Below are positions 20,030-30,100 of a stretch of DNA of 64,000 nucleotides, piece by piece. A program made the position numbers and the translations under genes. The DNA is from Tubiluchus corallicola (Eukaryota; Animalia; Priapulida): positions 1 through 64,000 of the forward strand of contig JAQGDQ010000858.1 in assembly GCA_030141605.1 (NCBI GenBank). Reading direction: 5' to 3'. Below the pieces are notes generated by a model, which worked only from the letters and a program-made list of their open reading frames with translations, was not told the DNA's origin and searched no databases. The stretch's first letter is position 1. Each line of letters opens with the position of its first letter.

Positions 20030-20037
20030 CAAATATA
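20030..20037 (-). promoter_or_regulatory. -7 promoter element upstream of the ppiD-like gene
   Basis: Minus strand TATATTTG. Confidence 0.6.
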
Positions 20038-20123
20038 ACACTTTTCGGGTTACTCAACCCGCAAGCTAGATAAAGTGAGCTGCAAGCAGCACTGCCACAT
20101 TTCAAAACCACAAGCCAAGTACC

Positions 20124-21392
20124 TTAACTAACTATCTGTAACTCAACTAACTCAATGCGAGTTTTTGACCCTCTGAGTATTTTAAACTTGAAGTTATCAA
20201 TAGTGATGGAGCTATTTGCCTTAGGAATACTGGCATAAGCGTGCAATATGAACCCTGCTACTGTTTCGTAATTCTCATCAACAGGCAGATTAAGATTATA
20301 CTTTTCATTTACCGCGTCAATCTCCATTCTTCCTGAAAAGACATATACACTATCAGATATTTTCCTGTCGGTAACATCTACACTATCATGTTCGTCCTCA
20401 ATTTCTCCAAAAATCTCCTCCAATATATCCTCAGTAGTAATCATACCTGCCGTACCTCCAAACTCATCCACAACCACTGCAATGCTCTTATGTTCCTGCA
20501 AAAACTTGCTAAGCAACTTCTTGGCGTCCATTGTTTCCGGTACAATAGTTACACTGTGAAGGCAGTCATCAATAGACAACGGGTTGTCAAATAGGTCGGA
20601 GGTGTGTATGTACCCAATTATACTATCAATACTCTCTTTGTAAATCAATATCTTAGAATGCCCCGTCTCTACAAAACGCTGCTTGGCCCTATCAATATCG
20701 GCAGTTATCTCAAGCGCTTCAATCTCAGGGCGAGGAACCATGCACTCTCTCAACTTAACCTTTGAGAAATCTAAAGCATTTCGAAAAAGCCGAATCTCAC
20801 TGTCCACCGTACCGCTGGCTTCAACCAGTTGGCTTTCAAGAGCAGTAGTGCTCACAAAATGGCTAAGATCAACCTTGCTAAAAACCTTCTCTTCCTGCCT
20901 GCCTGCAATATTAGTGCGAAACAGTCGCTTAAGAAGAATTGTAGAAAAGGCAATCGAAAACCTGGATATCGGATAAAATAAGAAATAGAAAAACCCTACA
21001 GGTATAGCAAACAAGTTAATAGCAAAATTAGGATTAAACCGAAAAAGTGTTTTGGGGATAAACTCCGCAACAAATAATATAACAATTGTAGATAGGACTG
21101 TTTGTAATAGCAGAACCAGGCCATCGCTTTGAAAAAGAGAAAAGAAATAAGGCTCAACGATCTTTGCAAAAGCAAGCCCATACATAACCAGTGCTATATT
21201 ATTCCCTATCAACATTGTTGCTATATAGTTTCCAGGGTGTTGTGTATATCTGGATATAAGCTTGCTATTGAGAATATTAATATCTTTTTCCAGCTCAAGC
21301 CTAAGCTTATCGGAAGCAATATAAGCTATTTCCATTCCCGAAAAGAAGGCTGATGCTAAAAGAGTTACCGCTATCAATATCAATTCATTCAT
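20124..21392 (-). CDS. Hemolysin/CNNM family protein (DUF21-CBS-CorC)
   Basis: SAFFSGMEIA, AEFIPK, CMVPR, VVVDEFGGTAGMITTEDILEEIFGEIEDEHD. Confidence 0.93.
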   Translation of the reverse strand: MNELILIAVTLLASAFFSGMEIAYIASDKLRLELEKDINILNSKLISRYTQHPGNYIATMLIGNNIALVMYGLAFAKIVEPYFFSLFQSDGLVLLLQTVLSTIVILFVAEFIPKTLFRFNPNFAINLFAIPVGFFYFLFYPISRFSIAFSTILLKRLFRTNIAGRQEEKVFSKVDLSHFVSTTALESQLVEASGTVDSEIRLFRNALDFSKVKLRECMVPRPEIEALEITADIDRAKQRFVETGHSKILIYKESIDSIIGYIHTSDLFDNPLSIDDCLHSVTIVPETMDAKKLLSKFLQEHKSIAVVVDEFGGTAGMITTEDILEEIFGEIEDEHDSVDVTDRKISDSVYVFSGRMEIDAVNEKYNLNLPVDENYETVAGFILHAYASIPKANSSITIDNFKFKILRGSKTRIELVELQIVS

Positions 21393-21482
21393 TCACAAAG
21401 TCAAAAGCAAAAAATAAAACTACTGAGAAATACCCCAATGAAAAACCAACACTCAAGGAGTTGACTGTAAGCCTGCTGACAA

Positions 21483-22091
21483 CTACTCCTCATCTACATA
21501 TATAGACCCCCTTGGCTCCAATATTTTCCATTTTGACATATCCTGATTGGATTCAAATCCAATTCCTGTAATTACCTGATCTTTCTGAATAAAACGGACA
21601 AATTTATCAGAAAATATCCTTTCCTCCTTTTCAATCCATACAAGATATTCTGTTTTTAAGGTGTCGCCTGCGTCATTAACAGCTACTACGTTGCCAATAG
21701 CCTCCCACTTACCATTATTATCATAACTTTTACCATAATTGGCAGAAAGCTCTGAAAGGTGCTCTTCACCATCTTCCTGGTATCTTATAATATGAAAACC
21801 ATCTGGGAACTCAGTATAGGGATCCTCCTCCGACTCAAACGCTATTAGCCTTGGAGTCTTTAATCGATAACTGGGTATACCTCCCTCTGTATAAACCACT
21901 TCAAGCCCAGAAGCATCCAGAGTAGGCAACCTCTGTCCGGCAAAAATGTCTTTTGGAGCAGTATGTGCTATCTTATTATCATTACACGATGAAAAAAGCA
22001 TTAACACTCCTGCAAGAAAAATAATAATGCCTTTTTCAAAACTTATGTAATACAGTATATTACTAGCGCACCCGCACTTTTGTTGCTTCAT
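21483..22091 (-). CDS. lptC: LPS export periplasmic protein LptC (Bacteroidota type)
   Basis: Lipobox LFSSC; EFPDG, GNVVAVN..GDTLKTEYLVW, IFSDKFV, GIGFESNQD; position between TPR and hemolysin genes. Start uncertain (ORF open to 22148). Confidence 0.8.
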   Translation of the reverse strand: MKQQKCGCASNILYYISFEKGIIIFLAGVLMLFSSCNDNKIAHTAPKDIFAGQRLPTLDASGLEVVYTEGGIPSYRLKTPRLIAFESEEDPYTEFPDGFHIIRYQEDGEEHLSELSANYGKSYDNNGKWEAIGNVVAVNDAGDTLKTEYLVWIEKEERIFSDKFVRFIQKDQVITGIGFESNQDMSKWKILEPRGSIYVDEE

Positions 22092-23706
22092 TAATCCAAC
22101 CTCCAATGGTGTAACTATCCCCGTTTGAGTACCCTTCAAAAAAAGCATTCTCTCTATTGGGAAAATAGCGACGATATGTTGATATCTCTTTATCGGCCTC
22201 TAACGCCAACTCAGGATCAACACCCTTCGCTTTTGTAAAATAATCGACAGCAAGACAATAAACCATATTTTGCTCAAACTCACTGCCTTCTACATCTTTA
22301 GCCGCAGCAGCATAAATACTTCCTATTAAGATATAGGGCTTTCCAGATTTCTCATCCAAGCGAATTGCCCGTCTTGCCAGGTTGCGGGCTTTAGAATAAC
22401 TTCTTTGTGTAAACACAAGCGACGCCAGCTCATATATATAAGTTGCCTTCTCTATATTATCCTTCTCCTCTCTGATCGCCTCCTCATAATACTCAATTGC
22501 CTTACCTGTATCGTTCCTTCTCAGAAAGAGACGCGCCATAGAGCGGGCTGCTCCTGCTGAAGGCTCAAGACGGTACAGATTTTCTGCAGCATTTGCATAC
22601 AATTTACTATCTGTACAATCCTCGCGAATAAGCATTCTCAGCATCTTCTTCAGCAAATTGACATCATTAGGAGCTTCATCAAACTTTGCACCATACAACC
22701 TCAGCAGATCTTTACAGTCTGCGGCACCGGAATTTTCAAATGTACTGTTTAATGCACTCTGAACATCTTTATAGGTGCCGTTATTAGAATCTTCAGCAAG
22801 CTTTGCTTCTATGACATCACTTGCCTTTTCATAAATATTAAAAACCTTATCTGCATTAAAATCACCTACTGAAAAAAGAAATCTTGTGGCTTGCATTAGC
22901 TGTAGTAAAACTGCTGCTTCTGTATCATTCTTTCCCTTCTCTAGCGCCGCCTCCAGCCATCCATAACAGTTCTTATAAATCTTTTCCTTCTGCTTATCAG
23001 TAAGAGCCTCCTGATCTCCAAACTTATGCTTCAGGTAAGATGTAGCCTTGCGCCCAAGGTTGTAGCCCTCTCTTCCAAAATACTCTATTCTCTTATCGTA
23101 AATATCCATAAGTTTATTAAGATACTCCTCTTTCTCAGTAGCAGATGAAGAAGGGCTGAGAATTAACTCATCATAAATCTTTATTCCATGAATGTAGACA
23201 TTCTCAGATGACTTGGGATACTTTTCATAAATAAAACTCCATGAAGACAAGGCAGACTTGTAATCTTTTTGCTTATAGAACTGGTCATATATAGAGTAGT
23301 TACTCATATAATCCCTTTCCTTGTCTTTGATAAGTTGCGCTTGGTTTCTGGTATCAACTTTTGAGCCTTTATCATCAGCAATAACATTATCCGCTTTACC
23401 TCCAAGATAGTAATTAATCACGTCATCCGTATTATGCTCTATATCAAGCCTCTCTGCAATGTCAGGAAAAGCAAAAGTAATATATTTAGACTTGTTGCCA
23501 ACTTCAACCTCATACACCCCATCAAAACTTGTAAAATAGCTACTTTTCGATTTATGCACAGTAACCTCTACTCCGGCAGCAGGTTTTCCATCACGAAATA
23601 CAGTACCTGTAACCTTTCTTTGAGCTAATGCTGTCTGTATCCCCAATGTTAGTATAGCAAGGCATACAATGAATGCTCGAAGAACAATTGCTTTTGTGTT
23701 GTTCAT
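22063..23706 (-). CDS. Secreted TPR protein with N-terminal carboxypeptidase-regulatory-like domain
   Basis: Signal peptide ALA|Q; RKVTGTVFRDGKPAAGVEVTV; helical repeats; C-terminal YFP...FF...IGGWINE. Confidence 0.85.
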   Translation of the reverse strand: MNNTKAIVLRAFIVCLAILTLGIQTALAQRKVTGTVFRDGKPAAGVEVTVHKSKSSYFTSFDGVYEVEVGNKSKYITFAFPDIAERLDIEHNTDDVINYYLGGKADNVIADDKGSKVDTRNQAQLIKDKERDYMSNYSIYDQFYKQKDYKSALSSWSFIYEKYPKSSENVYIHGIKIYDELILSPSSSATEKEEYLNKLMDIYDKRIEYFGREGYNLGRKATSYLKHKFGDQEALTDKQKEKIYKNCYGWLEAALEKGKNDTEAAVLLQLMQATRFLFSVGDFNADKVFNIYEKASDVIEAKLAEDSNNGTYKDVQSALNSTFENSGAADCKDLLRLYGAKFDEAPNDVNLLKKMLRMLIREDCTDSKLYANAAENLYRLEPSAGAARSMARLFLRRNDTGKAIEYYEEAIREEKDNIEKATYIYELASLVFTQRSYSKARNLARRAIRLDEKSGKPYILIGSIYAAAAKDVEGSEFEQNMVYCLAVDYFTKAKGVDPELALEADKEISTYRRYFPNRENAFFEGYSNGDSYTIGGWINEATKVRVR

Positions 23707-23726
23707 ATCAAATTATTATTTAAAAA

Positions 23727-25007
23727 TTAATCTATTTTGCGTTTATGAAACCATCTGTCGTACAAAAGAACCTGGAGCGTAAATTTCGTATACGACTCCC
23801 GTATCAATCCATTTTCAAACGATCCAAATCTTCCCAGTTCGGTAGAAAAATTTACAGTGGAAACGGAACGGCTCAAAGGGAACCCTATACCAAATGTTAA
23901 GCCCTGACTATTTATCTGTGTCCCATTTAAAACTAAATATGAATTTTCATAGAAAAGCCCTGCTCGGTAAGCAATTCGGCTCCAATAGTTTCTTATTGAA
24001 TACATATTGGGAATAAACTCTGCCCCCGCCGAATAACGATTTCGATTGGTCAAATACTCAGAAGACTCCCCTGTATATGTAGCCTTTGACCACTCCTGAT
24101 AATAGTAGTCGACCCCCAGGGTCAGTTTATTATTCATCACATATGATGCTCCCACTCCTAACGACATAGGAAAAACTGTTTTCTCACTGCTGCTCTCTAT
24201 ATACAACAAAGTATCTACAACCTGCCCCGCCTGCCCATTAAACAACACCCTTTGCTTAAGCCTGGAACCCACAGACGAATACCCTTTTTTTGGCTCCCAT
24301 ACTGCCCCCAAAACTATTGTATTGTTTCTTTTATCTACATGCCTATATTGCGCCCCCAGAGAAAAACCAAAATCTGTAACCTTCAGCCTGCTTTCACTAA
24401 AATAATCATACATCTGCTCAGATGAAGGAAAAACAAGAGTCGAACTGTTTACAATACTGCCAAACATTAACCAAGCATTAACTCCCACACTTAAATAATC
24501 TGTAATATCAAACGAGTTGCCCCAAAATGCCCTTGCCAGTGTACCGCTTCCAATATACCCGGTAAAATACTCAGTATCACCTACCTCCTGAACCTCACCA
24601 ATTGCATACCCCTTATTTGAGTATGGAAGCACACCAAAAGCAGAAGCCCACCTCTTTGTCACAGGAAAAGAAAGGGCCAGATAGTTAAAATTTCCACTAC
24701 TACTAGCATGCTTACCTGCATCGGACTCATAAATCACATGCTTCGATGACAGCCCAAACTCTACAATAAAAGACATACTGTCAATCGCCGTATAAGATGC
24801 CGGATTGGCAGAATTTATCTGATACTTATAACGCATACCTATACCTGCTCCCCCCATTGCTTCCGAGCGCCCAAAGCCATAACCGCTTAATGAACCGAAA
24901 CCGTACCTCGAATAAGGTGAATTGATGCTATTATTATTTTGAGTACTACCCGAAAAAGATATGCATATCAATGCAGCCATAACGAGGTAGGTTTTACTAT
25001 TTAACAT
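23727..25007 (-). CDS. Outer-membrane beta-barrel protein (FadL/TodX-like)
   Basis: SPYSRYGFG, AMGGAG, NPASY, alternating beta strands, C-terminal DRWFHKRKID. Confidence 0.8.
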   Translation of the reverse strand: MLNSKTYLVMAALICISFSGSTQNNNSINSPYSRYGFGSLSGYGFGRSEAMGGAGIGMRYKYQINSANPASYTAIDSMSFIVEFGLSSKHVIYESDAGKHASSSGNFNYLALSFPVTKRWASAFGVLPYSNKGYAIGEVQEVGDTEYFTGYIGSGTLARAFWGNSFDITDYLSVGVNAWLMFGSIVNSSTLVFPSSEQMYDYFSESRLKVTDFGFSLGAQYRHVDKRNNTIVLGAVWEPKKGYSSVGSRLKQRVLFNGQAGQVVDTLLYIESSSEKTVFPMSLGVGASYVMNNKLTLGVDYYYQEWSKATYTGESSEYLTNRNRYSAGAEFIPNMYSIRNYWSRIAYRAGLFYENSYLVLNGTQINSQGLTFGIGFPLSRSVSTVNFSTELGRFGSFENGLIRESYTKFTLQVLLYDRWFHKRKID

Positions 25008-25731
25008 TATACTCCAATATTCTATTTAGGCCAAAAAAAGCAGCATCAGTTTCTACAAATATGATATTTTTTAGCTTTTTATCAAAGAATGTAGCATCGC
25101 CACCGGTAATTACAACCTTTAACTTTGGCCATTCCAGCCGCATATTATTAATCATAGAATCAACTTCAAAAATGATGCCATTGAGGACTCCCGCTAATAT
25201 AGCCTCTTCCGTTGTGGTACCAAGTCTTTTCCACTTACTCATTTTCTTAACATAAGGTAACTGACTGGTAAATGTATTCAATGCTTTAAAACGAAGCTCT
25301 ATGCCGGGAGAAATATTTCCACCCCAAAATCGCTCATCCTTATCTATAATATCAAAGGTAATTGCTGTACCCGCATCAATAACCAAAAGATTACAACCAG
25401 GGAACAACAAGCTCGCACCAGACACCACAGCAAGCCTGTCCACCCCTATAGTCTGCTTTGAACCATACATATTATCTATTGGTAAAGGCGTATTGTACCC
25501 CAGCTCAATAAACTTGGGAATTCTATTACCTAGCACCTTACACAGCTCACTCGATTTTTTACCATTTGACACAGATGACAATATAGCAGCATCAGGAACA
25601 GAAAAATCTCTGTACAACTTATCCAGCTCGTTACTATCAAAAATATCGAACGTAAAAGACCTGATGACTTTGCCATCCTCAAAAATCGCAACCTTTGTCT
25701 TGCTGTTTCCTATATCTATAACCAAATTCAT
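24997..25731 (-). CDS. coaX: Type III pantothenate kinase
   Basis: LVIDIGNSKTK, GVDR, LVIDAGTAITFD, GGNISPG, VITGGDA. Confidence 0.95.
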   Translation of the reverse strand: MNLVIDIGNSKTKVAIFEDGKVIRSFTFDIFDSNELDKLYRDFSVPDAAILSSVSNGKKSSELCKVLGNRIPKFIELGYNTPLPIDNMYGSKQTIGVDRLAVVSGASLLFPGCNLLVIDAGTAITFDIIDKDERFWGGNISPGIELRFKALNTFTSQLPYVKKMSKWKRLGTTTEEAILAGVLNGIIFEVDSMINNMRLEWPKLKVVITGGDATFFDKKLKNIIFVETDAAFFGLNRILEYNVK

Positions 25732-25743
25732 ATTAAATATAGA

Positions 25744-26589
25744 CTACGCATCTTTTATACTCATACTGATGTCCAAAGCATCTGCCGAGTGAGTCAAAGC
25801 TCCAACAGATATATAATCAACTCCTACAGATGCTACCTCTCTCACCCTCCCGATATCCATATTACCAGAAGCTTCAATTTTCGCCTTCCCATCTACAACC
25901 TGAACACCCCTTCTCATAGTATCAACATCCATATTATCAAACATAATAATATCTGCCCCCGCTTCAATTGCCTCCTTTACCTCATAAATATTCGTTGTCT
26001 CCACTTCGACCTTTATTTTATCAGACACCTTCCCCCTTATGCTTAAAACAGCCAAAGCTATGCCTCCTGCAACCTTTATATGATTATCTTTGACCATAGC
26101 CATATCATAAAGCCCAACTCTGTGATTTGTCCCCCCCCCCATTCTAACAGCATACTTGTCCAGAGACCTAAAGCCGGGGATTGTTTTTCTAGTATCAAGA
26201 ATCTCCGCTTTGAAACCCCTAATAGCCTCAACATATTTTGATGTCTCGGTTGCAATACCACTCATCCTCTGCAAAAAATTTAAAACGAGCCTCTCCCCAC
26301 TTAACAAAGCACGAAAAGGCCCCTCTATTTTAGCCAGAACCTCACCTCTCTTCACCGGTTGCCCATCACATGCAAACTGCTCCCATATAGTATTGGGGCT
26401 AAGCTTTTGAAAAACTCTCTCTGCAATTGGAAGTCCAGCCACTATCCCATCAGCTTTAGCAGCTATGACTGCAGTAGTTAGCAAACTCTCAGAAACAATA
26501 CTATCAGTAGTAACATCCCCGGTGCCAATATCCTCATTAAGCGCAATATCTATTAACTTGTCTATTGCTTCAAAATTCAAACTACTCAT
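25744..26589 (-). CDS. nadC: Nicotinate-nucleotide pyrophosphorylase (carboxylating)
   Basis: EDIGTGDVTT, ERLVLNFLQRMSGIAT, LDTRKT, HRVGLYD, KDNH, EVE, EASG, ISVGALTHS. ATG 26589 overlaps the nadB stop (ORF open to 26613). Confidence 0.96.
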   Translation of the reverse strand: MSSLNFEAIDKLIDIALNEDIGTGDVTTDSIVSESLLTTAVIAAKADGIVAGLPIAERVFQKLSPNTIWEQFACDGQPVKRGEVLAKIEGPFRALLSGERLVLNFLQRMSGIATETSKYVEAIRGFKAEILDTRKTIPGFRSLDKYAVRMGGGTNHRVGLYDMAMVKDNHIKVAGGIALAVLSIRGKVSDKIKVEVETTNIYEVKEAIEAGADIIMFDNMDVDTMRRGVQVVDGKAKIEASGNMDIGRVREVASVGVDYISVGALTHSADALDISMSIKDA

Positions 26590-28165
26590 CCTCTGCTTTT
26601 CTAACGGATTCATAATCTATCTTTTCCCCTTTCTGTTGTATTATATGCCTCTCCTGACTCTTAGACTCTACAAGAAAGTCATCTCTCACATTTGCTCCCC
26701 TACTCTCCTTCCTAGCAAGAGACGATACGGTAATAAGCCTGCAGGCATTTGCCATACCGCTGACTACCATGCGGTTATAATCATTCTTATGTGGCAAATA
26801 GTTTTTTGCAACCTCCTCAATATCCCTTACAGCCTCCCTTAGGTGCTTTTCATCTCTAATAATACCCACCTTTTCACTCATTATGTTCGCAAGATAGCTT
26901 TTTACAGACAAAAACTCCGAATCAGACTGGCTGCTCCCGGTAACTTCATCAACATCTACCCGGCATCTGGGTTTATGCTTCAGCCTACATGCCTTATCAA
27001 TAACTCTTTTCCCATAGACAAGACATTCAAGTAAAGAATTGCTTGCCAACCTATTGGCTCCCATCACTCCGGTAGAAGCAACTTCACCACAAGCAAACAA
27101 TCCATTCATACTAGTCTCCCCCCAAAGATCTGTTCTCACCCCACCCATCATGTAGTGCGCCGCAGGAACTACAGGAATAAGATCTGTAGTCATATTAATG
27201 CCAAGACTCTTTAACTTTGTGTCTATTGACCTAAATCTCAAGCGCATACTATCAACATTCAGATGCCTCAAGCTTAAATATACAGAACTGCCTGTCTCCT
27301 TAACTTTTCTAAATACAGCAGAAGCCACAACATCACGAGGAGCCAACTCCGCCAGAGGGTGGCACTCCTTCATAAATCGCACACTATTTTTATCAAGAAG
27401 ATAAGCCCCCTCCCCACGAACAGCTTCACTGATCAGGAAAGGCTCTTCTTTGGGTATATTTAGTACTGAAGGATGAAACTGTATAAACTCCATATCTGCA
27501 ACCTTGGCACCTGCCTGCCATGCAAGAGCCACCCCATCGCCTGTGGCTGTACAAGGATTTGTTGAGCAAGAGTAAAGTCGGGCAATCCCACCCGTAGCCA
27601 ACACAGTCGCCTTTGCCCTAAACAGAAAGTTCTCCTCACTTTTAAGATTAATCGCGTGAACACCCGTACAATAACCTTCTGCCTCCAGAATTTTTATTGC
27701 TACGGTGTGCTCAAATGAAGTTATATTTTCGCAGCTTAAAACTTTTTGCAACATGAAGTTTGTCATCACTTTACCGGTAGCATCACCATCAACATGCAGT
27801 ACTCTTCTCCTGGAATGTCCTCCCTCCAGTCCCAATAAAAACTTCCCTTCAGCATCACAATCAAACTTCATCCCCATATTCATCAATTCAAATATTCGCT
27901 CCCTCCCCTCTGCAACCAGTATTTCAACAGCATCATAATCACACAAACCCCGACCTGCTGTCAACGTATCGTTTAGATGGCTTGTAAGAGAATCTCCCGG
28001 CCCAACAGCAGCTGCAACACCTCCCTGTGCCTGATAAGAGCTTCCAACACCCAATTCCGACTTGGAAAGTAACGCAACGGTTCCATGGCTTGCAGCATGA
28101 AAAGCCGCCACTAGACCTGCAAGACCACTTCCAATTATTATAAAATCAAAATCCCGAAGATTCAT
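26582..28165 (-). CDS. nadB: L-aspartate oxidase
   Basis: IIGSGLAGL, AQGG, LEGGHSRRR, MEFIQFHP, LISEAVRGEG, ELAPRDVV, PAAHYMMGG, GANRLASNSLLE, RKESRG. Confidence 0.95.
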   Translation of the reverse strand: MNLRDFDFIIIGSGLAGLVAAFHAASHGTVALLSKSELGVGSSYQAQGGVAAAVGPGDSLTSHLNDTLTAGRGLCDYDAVEILVAEGRERIFELMNMGMKFDCDAEGKFLLGLEGGHSRRRVLHVDGDATGKVMTNFMLQKVLSCENITSFEHTVAIKILEAEGYCTGVHAINLKSEENFLFRAKATVLATGGIARLYSCSTNPCTATGDGVALAWQAGAKVADMEFIQFHPSVLNIPKEEPFLISEAVRGEGAYLLDKNSVRFMKECHPLAELAPRDVVASAVFRKVKETGSSVYLSLRHLNVDSMRLRFRSIDTKLKSLGINMTTDLIPVVPAAHYMMGGVRTDLWGETSMNGLFACGEVASTGVMGANRLASNSLLECLVYGKRVIDKACRLKHKPRCRVDVDEVTGSSQSDSEFLSVKSYLANIMSEKVGIIRDEKHLREAVRDIEEVAKNYLPHKNDYNRMVVSGMANACRLITVSSLARKESRGANVRDDFLVESKSQERHIIQQKGEKIDYESVRKAEDE

Positions 28166-28458
28166 CAAAGCAAATAGGGTTACAAAAAATAATAAGCGAC
28201 AAAATTAATATTTTGCCATATGTAACCTTGCTTAAAAATACTATAATTCATCCTGCTCCTCTTTTTTAATGATATTCCACCCCATATCTGGCAATCCGGC
28301 GATCTTCCGTTTTTACTCCTATCTACTCCGCCCGGCTGCTTAAAGAGAAAAGGGTTAACATGGCATTAAAAACTGCTTTTAACCCTCAAAAGCCCCCAAA
28401 CCTTATCTTTATCTCCCTTTTCTCACCCAACTTCTCCACTCAAAACCTTGTACAATCA

Positions 28459-28488
28459 TTTTAAAGTTGTAACTATTACACTTTTAAA
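28459..28488. promoter_or_regulatory. Palindromic operator candidate (NrtR-like GT-N7-AC core)
   Basis: TTTTAAAGTTGTAACTATTACACTTTTAAA in the divergent nadB/RND intergenic region. Confidence 0.4.
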
Positions 28489-28620
28489 CCAAAAACGACA
28501 CACAATGGTAAATATAAAAAAGTCAGTTGGGGATTCGCTCCTATCGAATCGCAATAAAAACTGACAAACTATAGCCTCCAAATTTACCACCAAGCCGGCT
28601 ATCTCTGTACATTGATATTC

Positions 28621-28635
28621 TTTGCAAAGGTCTCA
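28621..28635. repeat. Isolated terminus of the palindromic element family
   Basis: TTTGCAAAGGTCTCA matches the consensus end exactly; no recognisable core next to it. Confidence 0.55.
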
Positions 28636-28928
28636 TTTCTTAACTGAACATACCATGCAGATTATAAAAGCTCTGTTTTTCGAATAGCCGAATAGCGAGA
28701 AAGTATACGCTACTACAAAAACTATCCCAACACCTCTGTTTTAATTGAAAATATTTTGAGCAGAACAGACAATTACTACTTTTGTAGTTTGATTTCTATT
28801 ATAGAATATTACAACACATTTCTTAATGTTTCTAAGGGCTTGTTTTGATAGTATCGGCATACCATATATAATTGCTAAACTATTAAAACCAATCTATTAT
28901 TAACAAGCTCAAATAAGACAGATTGATT

Positions 28929-30062
28929 ATGAATGGGAGAAAAATATTTGTTATTGTCGGGCTAATTTTAATGCTTGGAGGGGCATTTATGGCTATGAAT
29001 ATATTGGCAGGAATGAAAAAAGAATTGCCAAAAAAACCGGAAATAGAAGCAAAGCGATATGTTAAAACACAATCGGTTGAATACACAAATCTAATATCAA
29101 CTGTTACTTCAACAGGGCGGGTCCTGGCAACAAACGAAGTTTTACTTGTTGCGGAAGCATCGGGCAGGATAGAGCCGGGCAATGTAGTATTAAAGAAGGG
29201 TGCTTCCTTTAAAAAGGGAGATATGGTATTGACAATTTATAAAAATGAAGCAGAAATGCTTTTAAAATCACGTAAAAGCCAATTCCTTAACATATTTGCA
29301 AATATGTTACCCGATATAAGGGTTGACTACCCAGAACACTATGATAGTTTCATAAGTTTTTTCAGGGCAATTGACCTTAACAAAGACTTGCCTCCACTTA
29401 CCCAAGATGTCGTTTCAGCCGATGAAAAACTGCGTATTTTTCTTGCAGGCAGAAATGTGCTATCAGAGTACTATTCGATAAGAAAAGACGAAATGGCACT
29501 TAAAAGATACTCCCTTTACGCCCCATTTAACGGAACATTCACACAAGTCAATTTTGAAGTTGGGGCCTATGTAAATACGGGAACACAGCTTGCAAAAATG
29601 ATCAGCACTGATAACCTTGAAGTTGAAGCACTAGTAGAAAATGACCAAAGCGAGTGGATTAAAATAGGCTCAAAAGCGTCTATTATCTCAGGAGGCAGAG
29701 GGAAAGAGTGGACAGGGAAAGTTGTAAGAAAATCCGGATTTGTCGACTTTAACACACAATCGCGCAGCATCTTTGTTAATATAGATCAGAAAGGACGCGA
29801 CAAGGTTATAGTTGGAGAATATTTGCTGGTAAGGTTTGACGGACAAAAAATTAAAGAGGCGATAGAGATACCGAGAAATGTAATATTCAATAGCAATGAA
29901 GTGTTTGTAGTTATTGACGGAAGATTAGAAAAATCTACTGTTAATATAATAAAAATTAATGAGAGAACAGCTATAGTAAATGGGCTTGAACCAGGGAGCG
30001 AACTGGTAGTAGAGCCACTGATAAATGTGAAAGAAAAAACAGTTGTTGAGACGATAAGATAA
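28929..30062 (+). CDS. RND efflux membrane fusion (periplasmic adaptor) protein
   Basis: N-terminal TM, AEASGRI, LYAPFNG, VGAYVNTGTQL, IEIPRNVI; first gene of an MFP-RND-TolC run. Confidence 0.9.
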   Translation: MNGRKIFVIVGLILMLGGAFMAMNILAGMKKELPKKPEIEAKRYVKTQSVEYTNLISTVTSTGRVLATNEVLLVAEASGRIEPGNVVLKKGASFKKGDMVLTIYKNEAEMLLKSRKSQFLNIFANMLPDIRVDYPEHYDSFISFFRAIDLNKDLPPLTQDVVSADEKLRIFLAGRNVLSEYYSIRKDEMALKRYSLYAPFNGTFTQVNFEVGAYVNTGTQLAKMISTDNLEVEALVENDQSEWIKIGSKASIISGGRGKEWTGKVVRKSGFVDFNTQSRSIFVNIDQKGRDKVIVGEYLLVRFDGQKIKEAIEIPRNVIFNSNEVFVVIDGRLEKSTVNIIKINERTAIVNGLEPGSELVVEPLINVKEKTVVETIR

Positions 30063-30100
30063 CTCTTGGGATAAATCACCATTAAAACTCTTTAAAAACA

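Noticed and set aside
28240-28345. hisH-like remnant (minus-strand LPDMGWNII resembling PHMGWN)
   Set aside because: Only about 6 residues of similarity with no other HisH motif; could be chance.
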